Below are positions 19,153-28,324 of a stretch of DNA of 64,000 nucleotides, in pieces. A model generated the notes under the pieces. That model did no database searches, was not told where the DNA came from, and was given only the letters and a program-made list of their open reading frames with translations. A program made the position numbers and the translations under genes. Origin of the DNA: a plasmid; sequence record NZ_CP084013.1. One strand, given 5' to 3'. How positions within the stretch are numbered: position 1 is the stretch's first letter; each line of letters begins with the position of its first letter.

Positions 19153-22128
19153 TTACAGGCGGATACGCTTCCTCGAACCAGCCAGAGCGAGAGCGATACC
19201 AGCTCCGGCGAGGACCCCGGCCCACAGGAGCATCGGGGTGCCGACACCAGTGGAGGCGAGACCCTTCTCCTTGACGAGCACAGTCTCGTTCGACTTGCGC
19301 GCGTCACCGTAGGAGATAAGCTTGCCGGACTTGTCGTACACCTTCTCACGCCAGTAGTAGGTGCCGGTTTCATGCACGGTCACGGTCGGCGAGTGGGCGC
19401 CGTCCACGGCGTCGACCTTACCGGTGACGGTGATGAGCACGTCTCCCGACTGGTCTCCGTTGGCCTGCTTCCACAGTTCGAATTCGGCCTTGGCTGCCTG
19501 CTCGCAGTTCTTGAGCAGGAGCTCGTCGTGCAGGTCGGCCTTACCGTTCTCGAACGTGACCTCACCCTGGCTCTTGGTGGACACCTCGCACTTCGGCACG
19601 TTGGGCTTCTTGCCTTGGACGCGCACGATTTCGGATGCGAGTCCGAAAGCGTGCTGCACCTTGCCGTGGGTGAGCTGACGCCATGCGAGGGCGGTGAGCG
19701 GATTATGGTTCTGGTCGCCGGTCAGACTCGGTGTCATGACCCAATGCCAGGCGTAGGTGCCGGTGTCAGTCAACGTGAACGAGTCGGTCGTGTAGGTGCC
19801 GAACTTGGTGACGTCCTTGATGTCGGCCTCGTGAACCTTCACCGCGTTTTCGGGCACGGTGTCGGTTTCCTCGATCGCGGCGGACGGGTCGTCACTCACC
19901 TTGTAGAGGACGCCGTGGAAGTCGAGGCTGAGCGGGGTGCTCTTCGCGGTCTCGCCTTCGGTGACGTTGGTCTCCGGGTAGGTGGGCCACACGTCCTTTT
20001 CGTTGGTCTTGGCGACGACGAGCTTGTCGATGGTGGTCTCCCCCGCCTTGACTTCCTTGCTGGACACCGTGGAGTCGAGCTTCGGGGTGAGGCGGATCAT
20101 GACGGTCTCATCCGCAGTGAACGGAGCCTCATGAACATCCTTGGCGAACGGATAGTCCTTGGACGGTTTGATACCGGTCTGGCTTTCCGTGTCCTGATCC
20201 TTGTTCGCGATGTCGAACACGAACGTGGCGTATCCGGATGGCAGGTTCGTCAGATCCACACCATCCTCGGCCTTCCATTGGGCGACAGGCTTGTCCTCGT
20301 CACTGCTGGAAATCAGGTAGTCGCCGGCCTTGTTCGTGGTGAACGTCGCGGTGGCGAGCTTCACGGCCTGTTTGGGTAGTTCGACGGTCTTGCCTGCGGC
20401 GGTATCCTTCTGAGCCTGTTCGGCCTGTTCGCGGGTCATACCACCGTAGATGGAGCCATTCACGGTAAGCGTGATCTGGTTGTCTTCCGTTTCCTTGCCT
20501 TCGCCCTGACCGTCCTTGGTGTGCAGCCAGTCCTGGGTGTCGACCTTGCCGTCACCGTTCACGTCGGTCACGCCCAGCGTGACCTTATCACGGATGATGC
20601 TGCCTTTTTCAAGGTAGACGACATCGGTCTTGTCGGATGCCTGAGCGGAACCGATTTGCACGCTCGGACGTTCGGTGCCGTCGGCGCCGGCCACCGTGCT
20701 CTGATCATTCTTGTAGGCGCCGCTCACACTCGACTTGATGGTCGGCTGCATGTTGCGCACATGCTGAGTGGATTCCGCTTCCAGCACGTTGTCAGACCAG
20801 TCGTAGTCCGTGGACAGGTACTGCCTCATGTTGGCGTCCTGCATGTCGGGCGTGATCTGCCACACCCACGTGTACCAGCCGGTGTCCGGCAGGCTCGACG
20901 GGGTGGCTCCCGGGTGCGTCTTCACGAAGTCGGGGTCCATGGTGATGGAGGCGGCGTCCACGTGATTGGTGGCGCCGTCCTTGTCGCCGGTGACGGTCGC
21001 GGTCGCGGCCTTCACCCCATCCTTGACGGTCGTCTGGCCTTCGACCGGCTTTTTCGCGAAGTAGTAGAGGGTGCCGGTGCTCTTGATGGTCGCGCCTTCA
21101 ATCCAGTCGCCACCGGACGGGTCCACATGCCAGGTCAGATCATCTTCGGGCGCATGCCCGTATTCGATGCGATGATCGGTCTGGTTGGATTCGATGGTCG
21201 GCTTGAAGTTGTTCAGCACCTCGAACTGGATGTTCTTCGACACGGTCTCGGGATCGGTAGCTGCCATCAGGTTCTGGTTCGGCGAGGACAGTTTGGCGGC
21301 CTTCGGAACCTTGTAATTAAAAACAGGCATAACCTTGCCATTGCCGGTTGCGGTCCACGCGACATGCTGCGCAGAATTCGTGGTGGTGCCGCTGATCGTG
21401 TTCTTGCCGGTCTGGTCGAACACGGCCGGGCCCTTCAGGGTCGCGGTGTACGTGATTCCTGAAAGGAAGCCGCCGTTCCCGTTCTGGATGCCGACATCGA
21501 TGGTGCCTTTGCGTTGGCCGATCGTGTACTGGTATCTCATGTCGAGGTTCGAGGGCGTGTTGGCGACCGCCTCATTCCACAACTCGTTCATCTTCTTCGT
21601 GTACGTGTCCCAGCTGGTGCCGTCCTTCCAGCCGAGGCGTTCGATGCCTTTCAGGTATTCTTCACCCATCGGATCGAGCTTCTGGTGGATGAGGCCCGCG
21701 ATCGCGGCCTGCGTGAGGTCGTCCGCGTTCCCGTTGTACTTGTCGGTCAGCCATGCGAGCCGTTGCGCGTCCGGTTTCGTCTTCGCGTCGGTCCACTCGC
21801 CCCACGTGCCCGCCGTGCCCGTGTAGAGCGTGTCGGCCTGGATGCAGTACACGTTCTTCCCGTTGACCTTGTCGACCACGCCGAGCGACTGCTCCATGTC
21901 CTCGTACTTGTGTCCGTTGCTGAACGTGATCGTACCCATGTTCGCCCACAAGCCCGGGTTGCCGTTCTGAATGGAGCGCTCAAACGGATCACGCATGTCG
22001 GCCGCGTCCGCCGTGCCCGCGACGAGCATGCCCGCCGCCAGGGTGGCGGCTGCCGCGACGCCCGCGGCGATCGTGCGGACCACATGCCGGATTGTGGAAC
22101 CGCGAGTGGGATTGTTGTTTCTCCCCAT
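19153..22128 (-). CDS. Large secreted LAXTG (LASTG)-anchored adhesin (991 aa); possible N-terminal thioester-type (TQxA-like) domain and isopeptide-repeat region
   Basis: Signal peptide (..IAAGVAAAATLAAGMLVAGTADA). C-terminus LASTG + TM + RKRIRL. N-terminal YCIQ and LTQAAI motifs resemble thioester-domain Cys/Gln motifs (weak). VaFE-like Bifidobacterium surface protein architecture. Confidence 0.75.
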   Translation of the reverse strand: MGRNNNPTRGSTIRHVVRTIAAGVAAAATLAAGMLVAGTADAADMRDPFERSIQNGNPGLWANMGTITFSNGHKYEDMEQSLGVVDKVNGKNVYCIQADTLYTGTAGTWGEWTDAKTKPDAQRLAWLTDKYNGNADDLTQAAIAGLIHQKLDPMGEEYLKGIERLGWKDGTSWDTYTKKMNELWNEAVANTPSNLDMRYQYTIGQRKGTIDVGIQNGNGGFLSGITYTATLKGPAVFDQTGKNTISGTTTNSAQHVAWTATGNGKVMPVFNYKVPKAAKLSSPNQNLMAATDPETVSKNIQFEVLNNFKPTIESNQTDHRIEYGHAPEDDLTWHVDPSGGDWIEGATIKSTGTLYYFAKKPVEGQTTVKDGVKAATATVTGDKDGATNHVDAASITMDPDFVKTHPGATPSSLPDTGWYTWVWQITPDMQDANMRQYLSTDYDWSDNVLEAESTQHVRNMQPTIKSSVSGAYKNDQSTVAGADGTERPSVQIGSAQASDKTDVVYLEKGSIIRDKVTLGVTDVNGDGKVDTQDWLHTKDGQGEGKETEDNQITLTVNGSIYGGMTREQAEQAQKDTAAGKTVELPKQAVKLATATFTTNKAGDYLISSSDEDKPVAQWKAEDGVDLTNLPSGYATFVFDIANKDQDTESQTGIKPSKDYPFAKDVHEAPFTADETVMIRLTPKLDSTVSSKEVKAGETTIDKLVVAKTNEKDVWPTYPETNVTEGETAKSTPLSLDFHGVLYKVSDDPSAAIEETDTVPENAVKVHEADIKDVTKFGTYTTDSFTLTDTGTYAWHWVMTPSLTGDQNHNPLTALAWRQLTHGKVQHAFGLASEIVRVQGKKPNVPKCEVSTKSQGEVTFENGKADLHDELLLKNCEQAAKAEFELWKQANGDQSGDVLITVTGKVDAVDGAHSPTVTVHETGTYYWREKVYDKSGKLISYGDARKSNETVLVKEKGLASTGVGTPMLLWAGVLAGAGIALALAGSRKRIRL

Positions 22129-22398
22129 ATCGTCTCCTCTGATAAGAAGGATATTTTGTCGCCAGAGATATTCACTGGACTCTTGCGGTTTTTACTGTAA
22201 CGTCAAATCTTGTAATTAACCGGTTTTTTATTGAAATTGACCGATATTTTTTGTGAGCGGCCACCTTGCCGTTGCGCTTGCAAGCTCATACCATTGGATG
22301 CACTCTGAAATTGTCCACGAAACAAGGCCTATCGGCGACCGTGTATTGGAAGCACGGTTCAGCCTGACAGTCAACGACATAGTATAAGGAAAATACAA

Positions 22399-23427
22399 AT
22401 GAACGAGAAAGAAGGACCTATGAACATGAACGTCACGCCACCGGTTGAGCCGGTGACGGAATTCGAAGTCCCCCTGCCTCCGGATCGTAAGCGTCCGAAG
22501 TGGCTGGTTCCGTTGATTGCGGGGAGTACTGCCGTCGTTGTTTTAGCGGCTGTCGGCACCGGTGGATACCTGTATTGGAACCATGATCGGTTGACGGCGG
22601 CTTCAGAGGAATGCGCCACCTCATACGACAGGGCGGTGAAGGCGCGGAAGAAGCTGACGGAGTATCTGGAGTCGGATGCGGTGAAGACCGCAATCAGGGT
22701 CAAGGATTCGGAGGTCAAGGACGCGAAAACGGTCGGGACGTTGGCTTCGACGGTGAAGGCTGTCGAGAAGACGAAGACCGATATCCCCGAATGCCCGGCG
22801 GATGGGTTGAAGGACATCAAGGCCGTGACCGCGCGGCTCGACAAGACCGCGACCGCGTATGAGAAGACCGTGAACGAGGTCAGGGGCAAGGCGAATGCGG
22901 TCAACGCCTCGAAGACCGACAAGACCGTCGCCGACGCGACCAAGGTCCTGGACGACTCCAAGGGCAGGGTGAAGGACGACAAGGTTCGCACCGCATTGGA
23001 GAACGCCATCAAATCGAAGGACGGGAAGGCGATCTCGGACGCCATGAAGGCGGTCAACGACTCCATCAAGGCGAAGTCGGATGCGGACGCGAATGCCAGG
23101 GCCGAAAAGGAGAAGCAGGCGGCGGAGAACACGGCCCAGGCGCCGGACAACGGCTCCTACACGGGCGGAACAACCGGAGGATACACCGGATACACCGGTG
23201 GTGGCTACACGCAATCCCAGGGCGGCGGCTACACGTACACTCCACAGCAGTCCACAGGTGGTTCGACCGGCGGCGGTTATACGCCGACGCCACAGCCGCA
23301 GCCACAGCAGCCTTCCCAGGGCGGTGGCAACGGAGGCGGTTCCACGGGAGGGGGCGACGGATATGAAAATATGTGTTTCGCATATCCCACTGACGGTTCG
23401 CCCGCAATCCAGGTTCCCTGCAGTTAA
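22399..23427 (+). CDS. Membrane-anchored coiled-coil protein with Gly/Tyr/Thr-rich tail and terminal Cys pair; paralog of 1914..2891
   Basis: N-terminal TM (WLVPLIAGSTAVVVLAAVGTGGYLYW). Helical K/D/A-rich region alignable with the 1914 protein. Tail GGYTGYTGGGYTQSQGGGYTYTPQQ...CFAYPTDGSPAIQVPCS. Confidence 0.55.
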   Translation: MNEKEGPMNMNVTPPVEPVTEFEVPLPPDRKRPKWLVPLIAGSTAVVVLAAVGTGGYLYWNHDRLTAASEECATSYDRAVKARKKLTEYLESDAVKTAIRVKDSEVKDAKTVGTLASTVKAVEKTKTDIPECPADGLKDIKAVTARLDKTATAYEKTVNEVRGKANAVNASKTDKTVADATKVLDDSKGRVKDDKVRTALENAIKSKDGKAISDAMKAVNDSIKAKSDADANARAEKEKQAAENTAQAPDNGSYTGGTTGGYTGYTGGGYTQSQGGGYTYTPQQSTGGSTGGGYTPTPQPQPQQPSQGGGNGGGSTGGGDGYENMCFAYPTDGSPAIQVPCS

Positions 23428-23519
23428 CCTATCCTTTTCAGGAGCGAGGGCGACGCATCCTATTCTCATGGGATGTGCCGCCCTCGTCTTTTATGGGACT
23501 GTCGTTTCGGTTTGTCTCT

Positions 23520-23932
23520 TTAGTAGGAGCCGGATGCGGCGAATAGGATGCCTGCGAATACGATCCATAGGATGAAGAGTACGACGTTGATGATCACTGA
23601 AACCAGTGCGCCCTTGCCTGCCATGCCCGCATCACCAGGACGGTCGTTCTTCCAGATCATCCACAGAATAAGCCCGACCAGAGGAATGAAGAAGCCGAGA
23701 ACAGCCCAAACCGAAGGAGCCTGTGTCGGAGGGAGTTCTCCCATAGGATGCCGTGGGCTGCGGGTATACGGGGTTGAACTGGCGGCGCATAGTTCGGCTG
23801 CCCGTAGGCTGGTTGCGGTTGCGCGTATTGAGATTGGTTGGGTGAAGCGTATTGGACTGGCTGTGACGGCTGGACTGGCTGCCCGTAGGCGGGCTGTGGT
23901 GGTTGGGTTGGATATGGTGTTGGATTGCTCAA
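23520..23932 (-). pseudogene. Small membrane protein (Pro/Gln-rich N-terminus + 2 TM, DUF4190/TM2-like) split over two frames; probable frameshift or sequencing error
   Basis: ORF 23657..23932 encodes MSNPTPYPTQPPQPAYGQP...; ORF 23520..23744 encodes the TM hairpin (..WAVLGFFIPLVGLILWMIWKND...VLFILWIVFAG). Frames differ by 1 with an overlap at ~23700-23744. Confidence 0.4.
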
Positions 23933-23974
23933 GTGGGTTCTTGTTGACTATCTTAGGACTTTAGGAACTCCTCT

Positions 23975-24424
23975 TTGTTTGTGACTGGTTCAATGGGAGT
24001 CATGGGAGTTCTTTGGAAAATCAGCAAATGGTATAACCGGTATCAGTTCTTCATGTGGGCTTCAGGAGTACTGACCGCGATAGCCGCTCCCCTGATCGGC
24101 TACGCCGCCTATTTCCTCGGTATCAACAACCAGCATGCGGAACTCGTCTCGGACAGTCCCGAATACGCGAATGATATAACGGCCGGCAGCCTCATCCAAT
24201 GGTTGACCGGCCAAGCACACAGCTACGGTCGAATCCTCGGCATCATCGCCATCATCGGCATCCTGCTCATCATCTTCTGCATCACCTTCACCATCATCGG
24301 ATGGATCAGCCAAAGAACCGAAATCAGCGGCACCGACCAGGTTGACGAAGTACAGGAGAAAGGCCGACGCAAAGCCGAAACGGAAGAACAATACGACGAC
24401 TACGGGCAAACCATGGAGTATTAA
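23975..24424 (+). CDS. Hypothetical membrane protein (149 aa, 3-4 TM)
   Basis: Hydrophobic segments (AIAAPLIGYAAYFLGI; ILGIIAIIGILLIIFCITFTIIGWI). Acidic C-terminus. Confidence 0.4.
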   Translation: MFVTGSMGVMGVLWKISKWYNRYQFFMWASGVLTAIAAPLIGYAAYFLGINNQHAELVSDSPEYANDITAGSLIQWLTGQAHSYGRILGIIAIIGILLIIFCITFTIIGWISQRTEISGTDQVDEVQEKGRRKAETEEQYDDYGQTMEY

Positions 24425-24452
24425 TCATCGGCAAGCGGATTGCACGCCGCTT

Positions 24453-25505
24453 TTAGCGCGAACGTCTCCGATTGTATCCCCGCACAACGGTGCCATCCGC
24501 TTTCCGGTACGGATCGACATGAATCTCCCCACCCGGTTCCGGCATGCCGGCGGCAATCCGCTTGGCTGCAGCACGCATCTGCTCACTGCGAATCCGATCA
24601 GTTTCAGCTTGCTCGGCTTCAGCAAGATCAGCAGAGTCCTCCAAAAGCGGCGCATTCTCTCCCCAATACTCATGCCATTCGTCGGAACAATCTAGGTCGA
24701 CTTCAGAGAGGAGTCGCTGTGCAAGTGTCCAGCACTGTTCTTTGTTTCTGCCTCCAGCTCTGGTATACGTTGCTAGATATTCCGCTTTTTTGCTATCTGG
24801 TATGATTTTCGTGTCATGCCCTTGGTCTCTACGTTCCGCAATCCGGCTGTTATCCCGCAATAAACCCAAATCAGGAGTGTGATGACGCATGATTGTTTCT
24901 ATATCATAGAGATCTTTGCCGTTTCGATTTTCACGGGACAGACCGTTGAGTTTTTCCGCAAGCTGAGCATCGATATCCATCATCCTGGCGGGAGCCATAT
25001 CGAAACCCATGCTTTGGAATATCTCTCGCATGTCGTTGTCCATACGGTATTCAGCATCCGGCAGATGGTCACCTAGGTCGGGTGATGCTTCAAAGTTGAT
25101 GGTGGCGAACCTGATTCCCATGTAGTCTAGGTGGACGCTTAGCGTATCCAACTGGATTCCTGCCGGTGTATGTTTCCTCTCTGCGTGTTCAAACGAACCA
25201 GCGAATCCTTGCCAACCTTCCTGAAGCTTCTTGGCGAATGACTCCTCAAACTCTTCTTCGGAACCCGAGTAAGCCGTATCTATATCACGGGATACTCTCG
25301 ATTCAGACAACGGATACCGCAACGAGATAGCGGAACCTCCTTTGAGGTAGGCTCCATCTGGAATCATCTGTCCCAGCACCCCGGCGATGAAGCTCTTCCT
25401 GAAGGTTTTTGCTTTTGCCGTGTCTGAAAGGCGTATAGTCTGCCTGTCGATCAGCTGTTTAAGTCGCTTAAAGGAATTTGGTCGTTTTGGTTCATTCGAT
25501 CCCAT
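24453..25505 (-). CDS. AbiEii/AbiGii-family nucleotidyltransferase toxin (type IV TA / abortive infection)
   Basis: N-terminal ..YLKGGSAISLRYPLSESRVSRDIDTAY.. (GS...DxD nucleotidyltransferase motif of the DUF1814/AbiEii family). 350 aa. Overlaps upstream partner. Confidence 0.75.
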   Translation of the reverse strand: MGSNEPKRPNSFKRLKQLIDRQTIRLSDTAKAKTFRKSFIAGVLGQMIPDGAYLKGGSAISLRYPLSESRVSRDIDTAYSGSEEEFEESFAKKLQEGWQGFAGSFEHAERKHTPAGIQLDTLSVHLDYMGIRFATINFEASPDLGDHLPDAEYRMDNDMREIFQSMGFDMAPARMMDIDAQLAEKLNGLSRENRNGKDLYDIETIMRHHTPDLGLLRDNSRIAERRDQGHDTKIIPDSKKAEYLATYTRAGGRNKEQCWTLAQRLLSEVDLDCSDEWHEYWGENAPLLEDSADLAEAEQAETDRIRSEQMRAAAKRIAAGMPEPGGEIHVDPYRKADGTVVRGYNRRRSR

Positions 25506-26106
25506 ATTCCGCGCCGACCTTTCTTAAAAAATCCTTGATTCTCGGATATCTTTGCGCAGCGTCATCCAGTACCGTGCGACGTTTGTCATCATCCAGTATC
25601 GGCATGGAGGAAACAATGGCATCCTTCAACGACTGGATAGGCATGCCTTTGTATTTGGAGCGCGTCTTCTTCTTGGTGACGACCCATTTCACGGAGAGCT
25701 GGGGATATCGGCGTGTGGGAACCGCAATATAGAACCCCGGTTCGCCCACGTCGCCTAATTCCATGAACTCCAGTACGCTTGGCCCCCAGAGGAATGCGTC
25801 TTTCCCTGCTTTCGCGAGATATCTGGCGGTTTCGCATACGTCCCAATCGATTTTGTCATCGTCCGTATACCAGACGTATACGCCTCTGGTTCCGTTTTCC
25901 ACGTCAGGGTTGTCTTTGGCCCAGTGACGCAGGGTTGAGGCTTCGACTCCGGCCTCCCGGGCGGCCCACACCGGTATGTTTCCAGCCCACTTGCGCGCTA
26001 TGGGTAGCAGTTTTTGTTCCAGTTTCTTCATGCTTAATATTTTACCACGCTTCATTACATAAGAAGCGGTAATGAAGCGTGATGAAAAACGATGATAAGA
26101 CTGCAA
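25492..26106 (-). CDS. AbiEi-family antitoxin/transcriptional regulator partner of AbiEii (true start probably at internal Met, MKKLEQK...)
   Basis: Gene pair in AbiEi-AbiEii order with overlapping stop/start. N-terminal wHTH-like region (..STLRHWAKDNPDVENGTRGVYVW..). Track start is a TTG. Confidence 0.65.
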   Translation of the reverse strand: MQSYHRFSSRFITASYVMKRGKILSMKKLEQKLLPIARKWAGNIPVWAAREAGVEASTLRHWAKDNPDVENGTRGVYVWYTDDDKIDWDVCETARYLAKAGKDAFLWGPSVLEFMELGDVGEPGFYIAVPTRRYPQLSVKWVVTKKKTRSKYKGMPIQSLKDAIVSSMPILDDDKRRTVLDDAAQRYPRIKDFLRKVGAEYGIE

Positions 26107-26111
26107 TCACT

Positions 26112-26458
26112 TCATACAGCGACAGGTGTCTTGATGATGGGACGATGCTGATAGCCCACGACCTTGAAATCCTCGTACTGGTAGTCGAACAGGGAATCCG
26201 CCTTGCGGATCTCGATGGTCGGGTACGGGTAGGGTTCGCGGCCCAGCTGCTCGAGGAACTGGTCGACGTGATTGTCGTAGACGTGGCGGTCGCCGCCAGC
26301 GAGAACGCGGCTACCAGTCCGCCAATCACGGAGACCGCGTGCAACCCGGACGGGAGCCACGGGACGCCGAAGCCCAGCCGGTCGCAAAGGAACGCCACCA
26401 GCGCCGCGGCCAGGGTGACGGCGAGCGCGATCGCGCCGACCGTCAGCAGGCGGCCCAA
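26112..26458 (-). pseudogene. Small membrane protein gene split across two frames (N-terminal TM part in 26042..26458, C-terminal soluble part in 26112..26471)
   Basis: N-terminal MGRLLTVGAIALAVTLAAALVAFLC...GLHAVSVIGGLVAAF looks genuine, then Ser/Thr/Arg junk. Other frame ends with a genuine-looking ...VYDNHVDQFLEQLGREPYPYPTIEIRKADSLFDYQYEDFKVVGYQHRPII. Confidence 0.3.
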
Positions 26459-26813
26459 TCCGATGAATCACATAAACCCGCGCATGGTTTCCTTCTCCAT
26501 CTTCCCGTACGGGGTGGGTGTTCGTATCGGATGGGCGCCAGCACTCCGACCTGCCCCAACGCCTCGCTTAACAGGTCGTATGCGAGGAACTTCTCATACT
26601 CGTCGAGGCCCGGCGGCTCGTCGTACTGGCATTCGGAACCCGTCCAGCATCCGTGCAGATGCCAGTCCAACGCGGTGAACCAGCGGCCGCACGAGCATTG
26701 GGACTTGAACGGACGCTCCGGATCCGTGACGCCCGTATCCCGGTGCAGGATGAACGTGGAGAGTTCTCTGGACGGAACGGATTCGCGTCGGACATGCGCA
26801 CTTGACGTTTTCA
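26443..26813 (-). CDS. Hypothetical protein (~123 aa), Cys/Trp-containing
   Basis: Genuine-looking C-terminal part of long ORF 26443..27261 starting at MKTSSAHVRRES...; the upstream part of that ORF is Arg/Pro junk overlapping real genes. Confidence 0.35.
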
Positions 26814-27089
26814 TTATCGTTCGTCCCGTTGTGTTGGTCGTTTCCGTTGGTCTTCCTCCATCACCAGAATCGCGCCGCCGAACAGTTGGCTTCCGATGAA
26901 CGAGCAGATCACGAACGCGGCAACCAGAACGACAAGAGGGATTCCCGTCAGAGGGACACAAGCGCCGAATACCAGCGTTCCCGCCGCAATCAGCATCAGA
27001 ACCGCCCCGGCCTGCGCGAACCGTACGGCATGGGCCTTGTCCCGTTCGATGAGTCCGATGACGGAATCCAGGAAAAAGATGTTCCTCAT
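26814..27089 (-). CDS. Small membrane protein (~91 aa, 2 TM)
   Basis: MRNIFFLDSVIGLIERDKAHAVRFAQAGAVLMLIAAGTLVFGACVPLTGIPLVVLVAAFVICSFIGSQLFGG... Start at internal Met of track ORF 26814..27404. Confidence 0.35.
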   Translation of the reverse strand: MRNIFFLDSVIGLIERDKAHAVRFAQAGAVLMLIAAGTLVFGACVPLTGIPLVVLVAAFVICSFIGSQLFGGAILVMEEDQRKRPTQRDER

Positions 27090-27100
27090 GATTTCCTCCT

Positions 27101-27367
27101 TCACGCGTTCGTATGGTCGAGGATCCACCGGGCGACGCTTCGGGCGGTCTCCTCCGGCACGTCCATGCGCATGGATGCGTTGCCGGCCTCCATATAGAAG
27201 CGGACGAGCCCGCGGCCCGCGAGCCGGTCGACTTCCAGCAGATTGTCGGCATCCTCGGCACGGCAGTATTCGCTTGTATCGTTCTTCGCCCGTTCGCGCA
27301 GATGTTCGGGCAGATATTGGTTGGCGAGAATATCGCGGCGTAGTTCGTCGCTGTCGGTGAATTCCAT
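27101..27367 (-). CDS. Hypothetical protein (88 aa)
   Basis: Compact ORF with balanced composition (MEFTDSDELRRDILANQYLPEHLRERAK...). Confidence 0.4.
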   Translation of the reverse strand: MEFTDSDELRRDILANQYLPEHLRERAKNDTSEYCRAEDADNLLEVDRLAGRGLVRFYMEAGNASMRMDVPEETARSVARWILDHTNA

Positions 27368-27370
27368 CGG

Positions 27371-27901
27371 CTACCCTTTCGAATGTTTCGCGCCCGGCTT
27401 CCATACCGGTGTCCCTGGATTCACCGGGGAAACAATCATCCCTTGGTTATCGCGCAGTTCGACGTTTGCCCCGTCGATGCCCAGCGTGCCTTCGACGCGC
27501 CGCCCGTTCCGCTTCCATGAAACCCGGTAGGATCCTTTGATTCGGGGGAAACCGGACAACGGGTCCATATATCCGGGTTCGGCGATCGCGAGACCATCGA
27601 GATTCCACACGTCGCCCACATACTCGTCCATGGTCTTCGGCTTCGGGCCTCGGGGGTTCCAGTTCTCGGCCGGGGACATGAGCGCGAAGGCGACGAACGG
27701 CAGCAGCACCGATGCGCCGACGAGCCTGCCCTCGTCCATCGTGAGATTAGGAAAGCCGTTCCGTGCCATCACCAGGCAATAGGCATACGCCATGAGCGGA
27801 ATGTCCGCGAGGAAGGCATACCAACCGAGAGCATTCAGGACCCTCAACAGCAATGGCATCCGCGAATGGTCCACCGCCTGAGCGTATTCGACAAGCTCCA
27901 T
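27371..27901 (-). CDS. Hypothetical membrane protein (~176 aa)
   Basis: Start taken at MELVEYAQAVDH. TM segments (LGWYAFLADIPLMAYAYCLVMA; ASVLLPFVAFALM). Confidence 0.4.
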   Translation of the reverse strand: MELVEYAQAVDHSRMPLLLRVLNALGWYAFLADIPLMAYAYCLVMARNGFPNLTMDEGRLVGASVLLPFVAFALMSPAENWNPRGPKPKTMDEYVGDVWNLDGLAIAEPGYMDPLSGFPRIKGSYRVSWKRNGRRVEGTLGIDGANVELRDNQGMIVSPVNPGTPVWKPGAKHSKG

Positions 27902-28025
27902 CAGCTGAACCTCCAATGCAGTTCGTGCTGGTTTCGCTGACCGATGGCGTCGGGGAGGATGTTCACGCCGAGCGCGGCGTTGTTCTGATGCTTGGTGAGT
28001 GTTACGCCCGTCTGGTCGAATCTGG

Positions 28026-28319
28026 TCACTTGTCGTTCTCCTGTCTGTATTCGGCCACATGCAGTGGCTTGGCGTCGATTAACCCATGCGTTCTCGCCTG
28101 TTCCAGCAGCCATGCCGCATCTGCCGGACGGCACGCCCCCGTGACGCCCGAACGCCCGTCGGGGACGTGTCCGCGTATCCCGTTCCACCGGTCGGCCACC
28201 GTGTACTCCACCAGCCCGTCCGGCAAGACCAATCGTTCTCGCGCGCACACCAGAAAGCGTCCGTCGCATTCGATTATCGCCCACCAGTACCGGTTCTCAT
28301 GCGCGGGGGAGGAGAACCT
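28026..28319 (-). CDS. Hypothetical small protein (~97 aa)
   Basis: C-terminal part of track ORF 28026..28769 (..AHENRYWWAIIECDGRFLVCARERLVLPDGLVEYTVADRW...). Upstream part of that ORF is Arg-rich junk overlapping the next gene. Confidence 0.3.
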   Translation of the reverse strand, partial: RFSSPAHENRYWWAIIECDGRFLVCARERLVLPDGLVEYTVADRWNGIRGHVPDGRSGVTGACRPADAAWLLEQARTHGLIDAKPLHVAEYRQENDK

Positions 28320-28324
28320 GACTC

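Noticed and set aside
19144-22200. Plus-strand ORFs 19144..20379, 20521..21462, 21514..22200 inside the 991-aa adhesin gene
   Set aside because: Shadow ORFs on the opposite strand of a gene with clear signal peptide and LASTG anchor. Val/Gly/Arg/His-rich junk translations.
22621-23469. 282-aa minus-strand ORF opposite 22399..23427
   Set aside because: Arg/Leu/Gly-rich antisense translation of a Lys/Asp/Ala-rich coding region.
26443-27261. 272-aa minus-strand ORF spanning three short genes
   Set aside because: Only the C-terminal ~123 aa (from MKTSSAHV) look protein-like. The rest is Arg/Gly/Pro-rich read-through across two genuine small membrane-protein genes in other frames.
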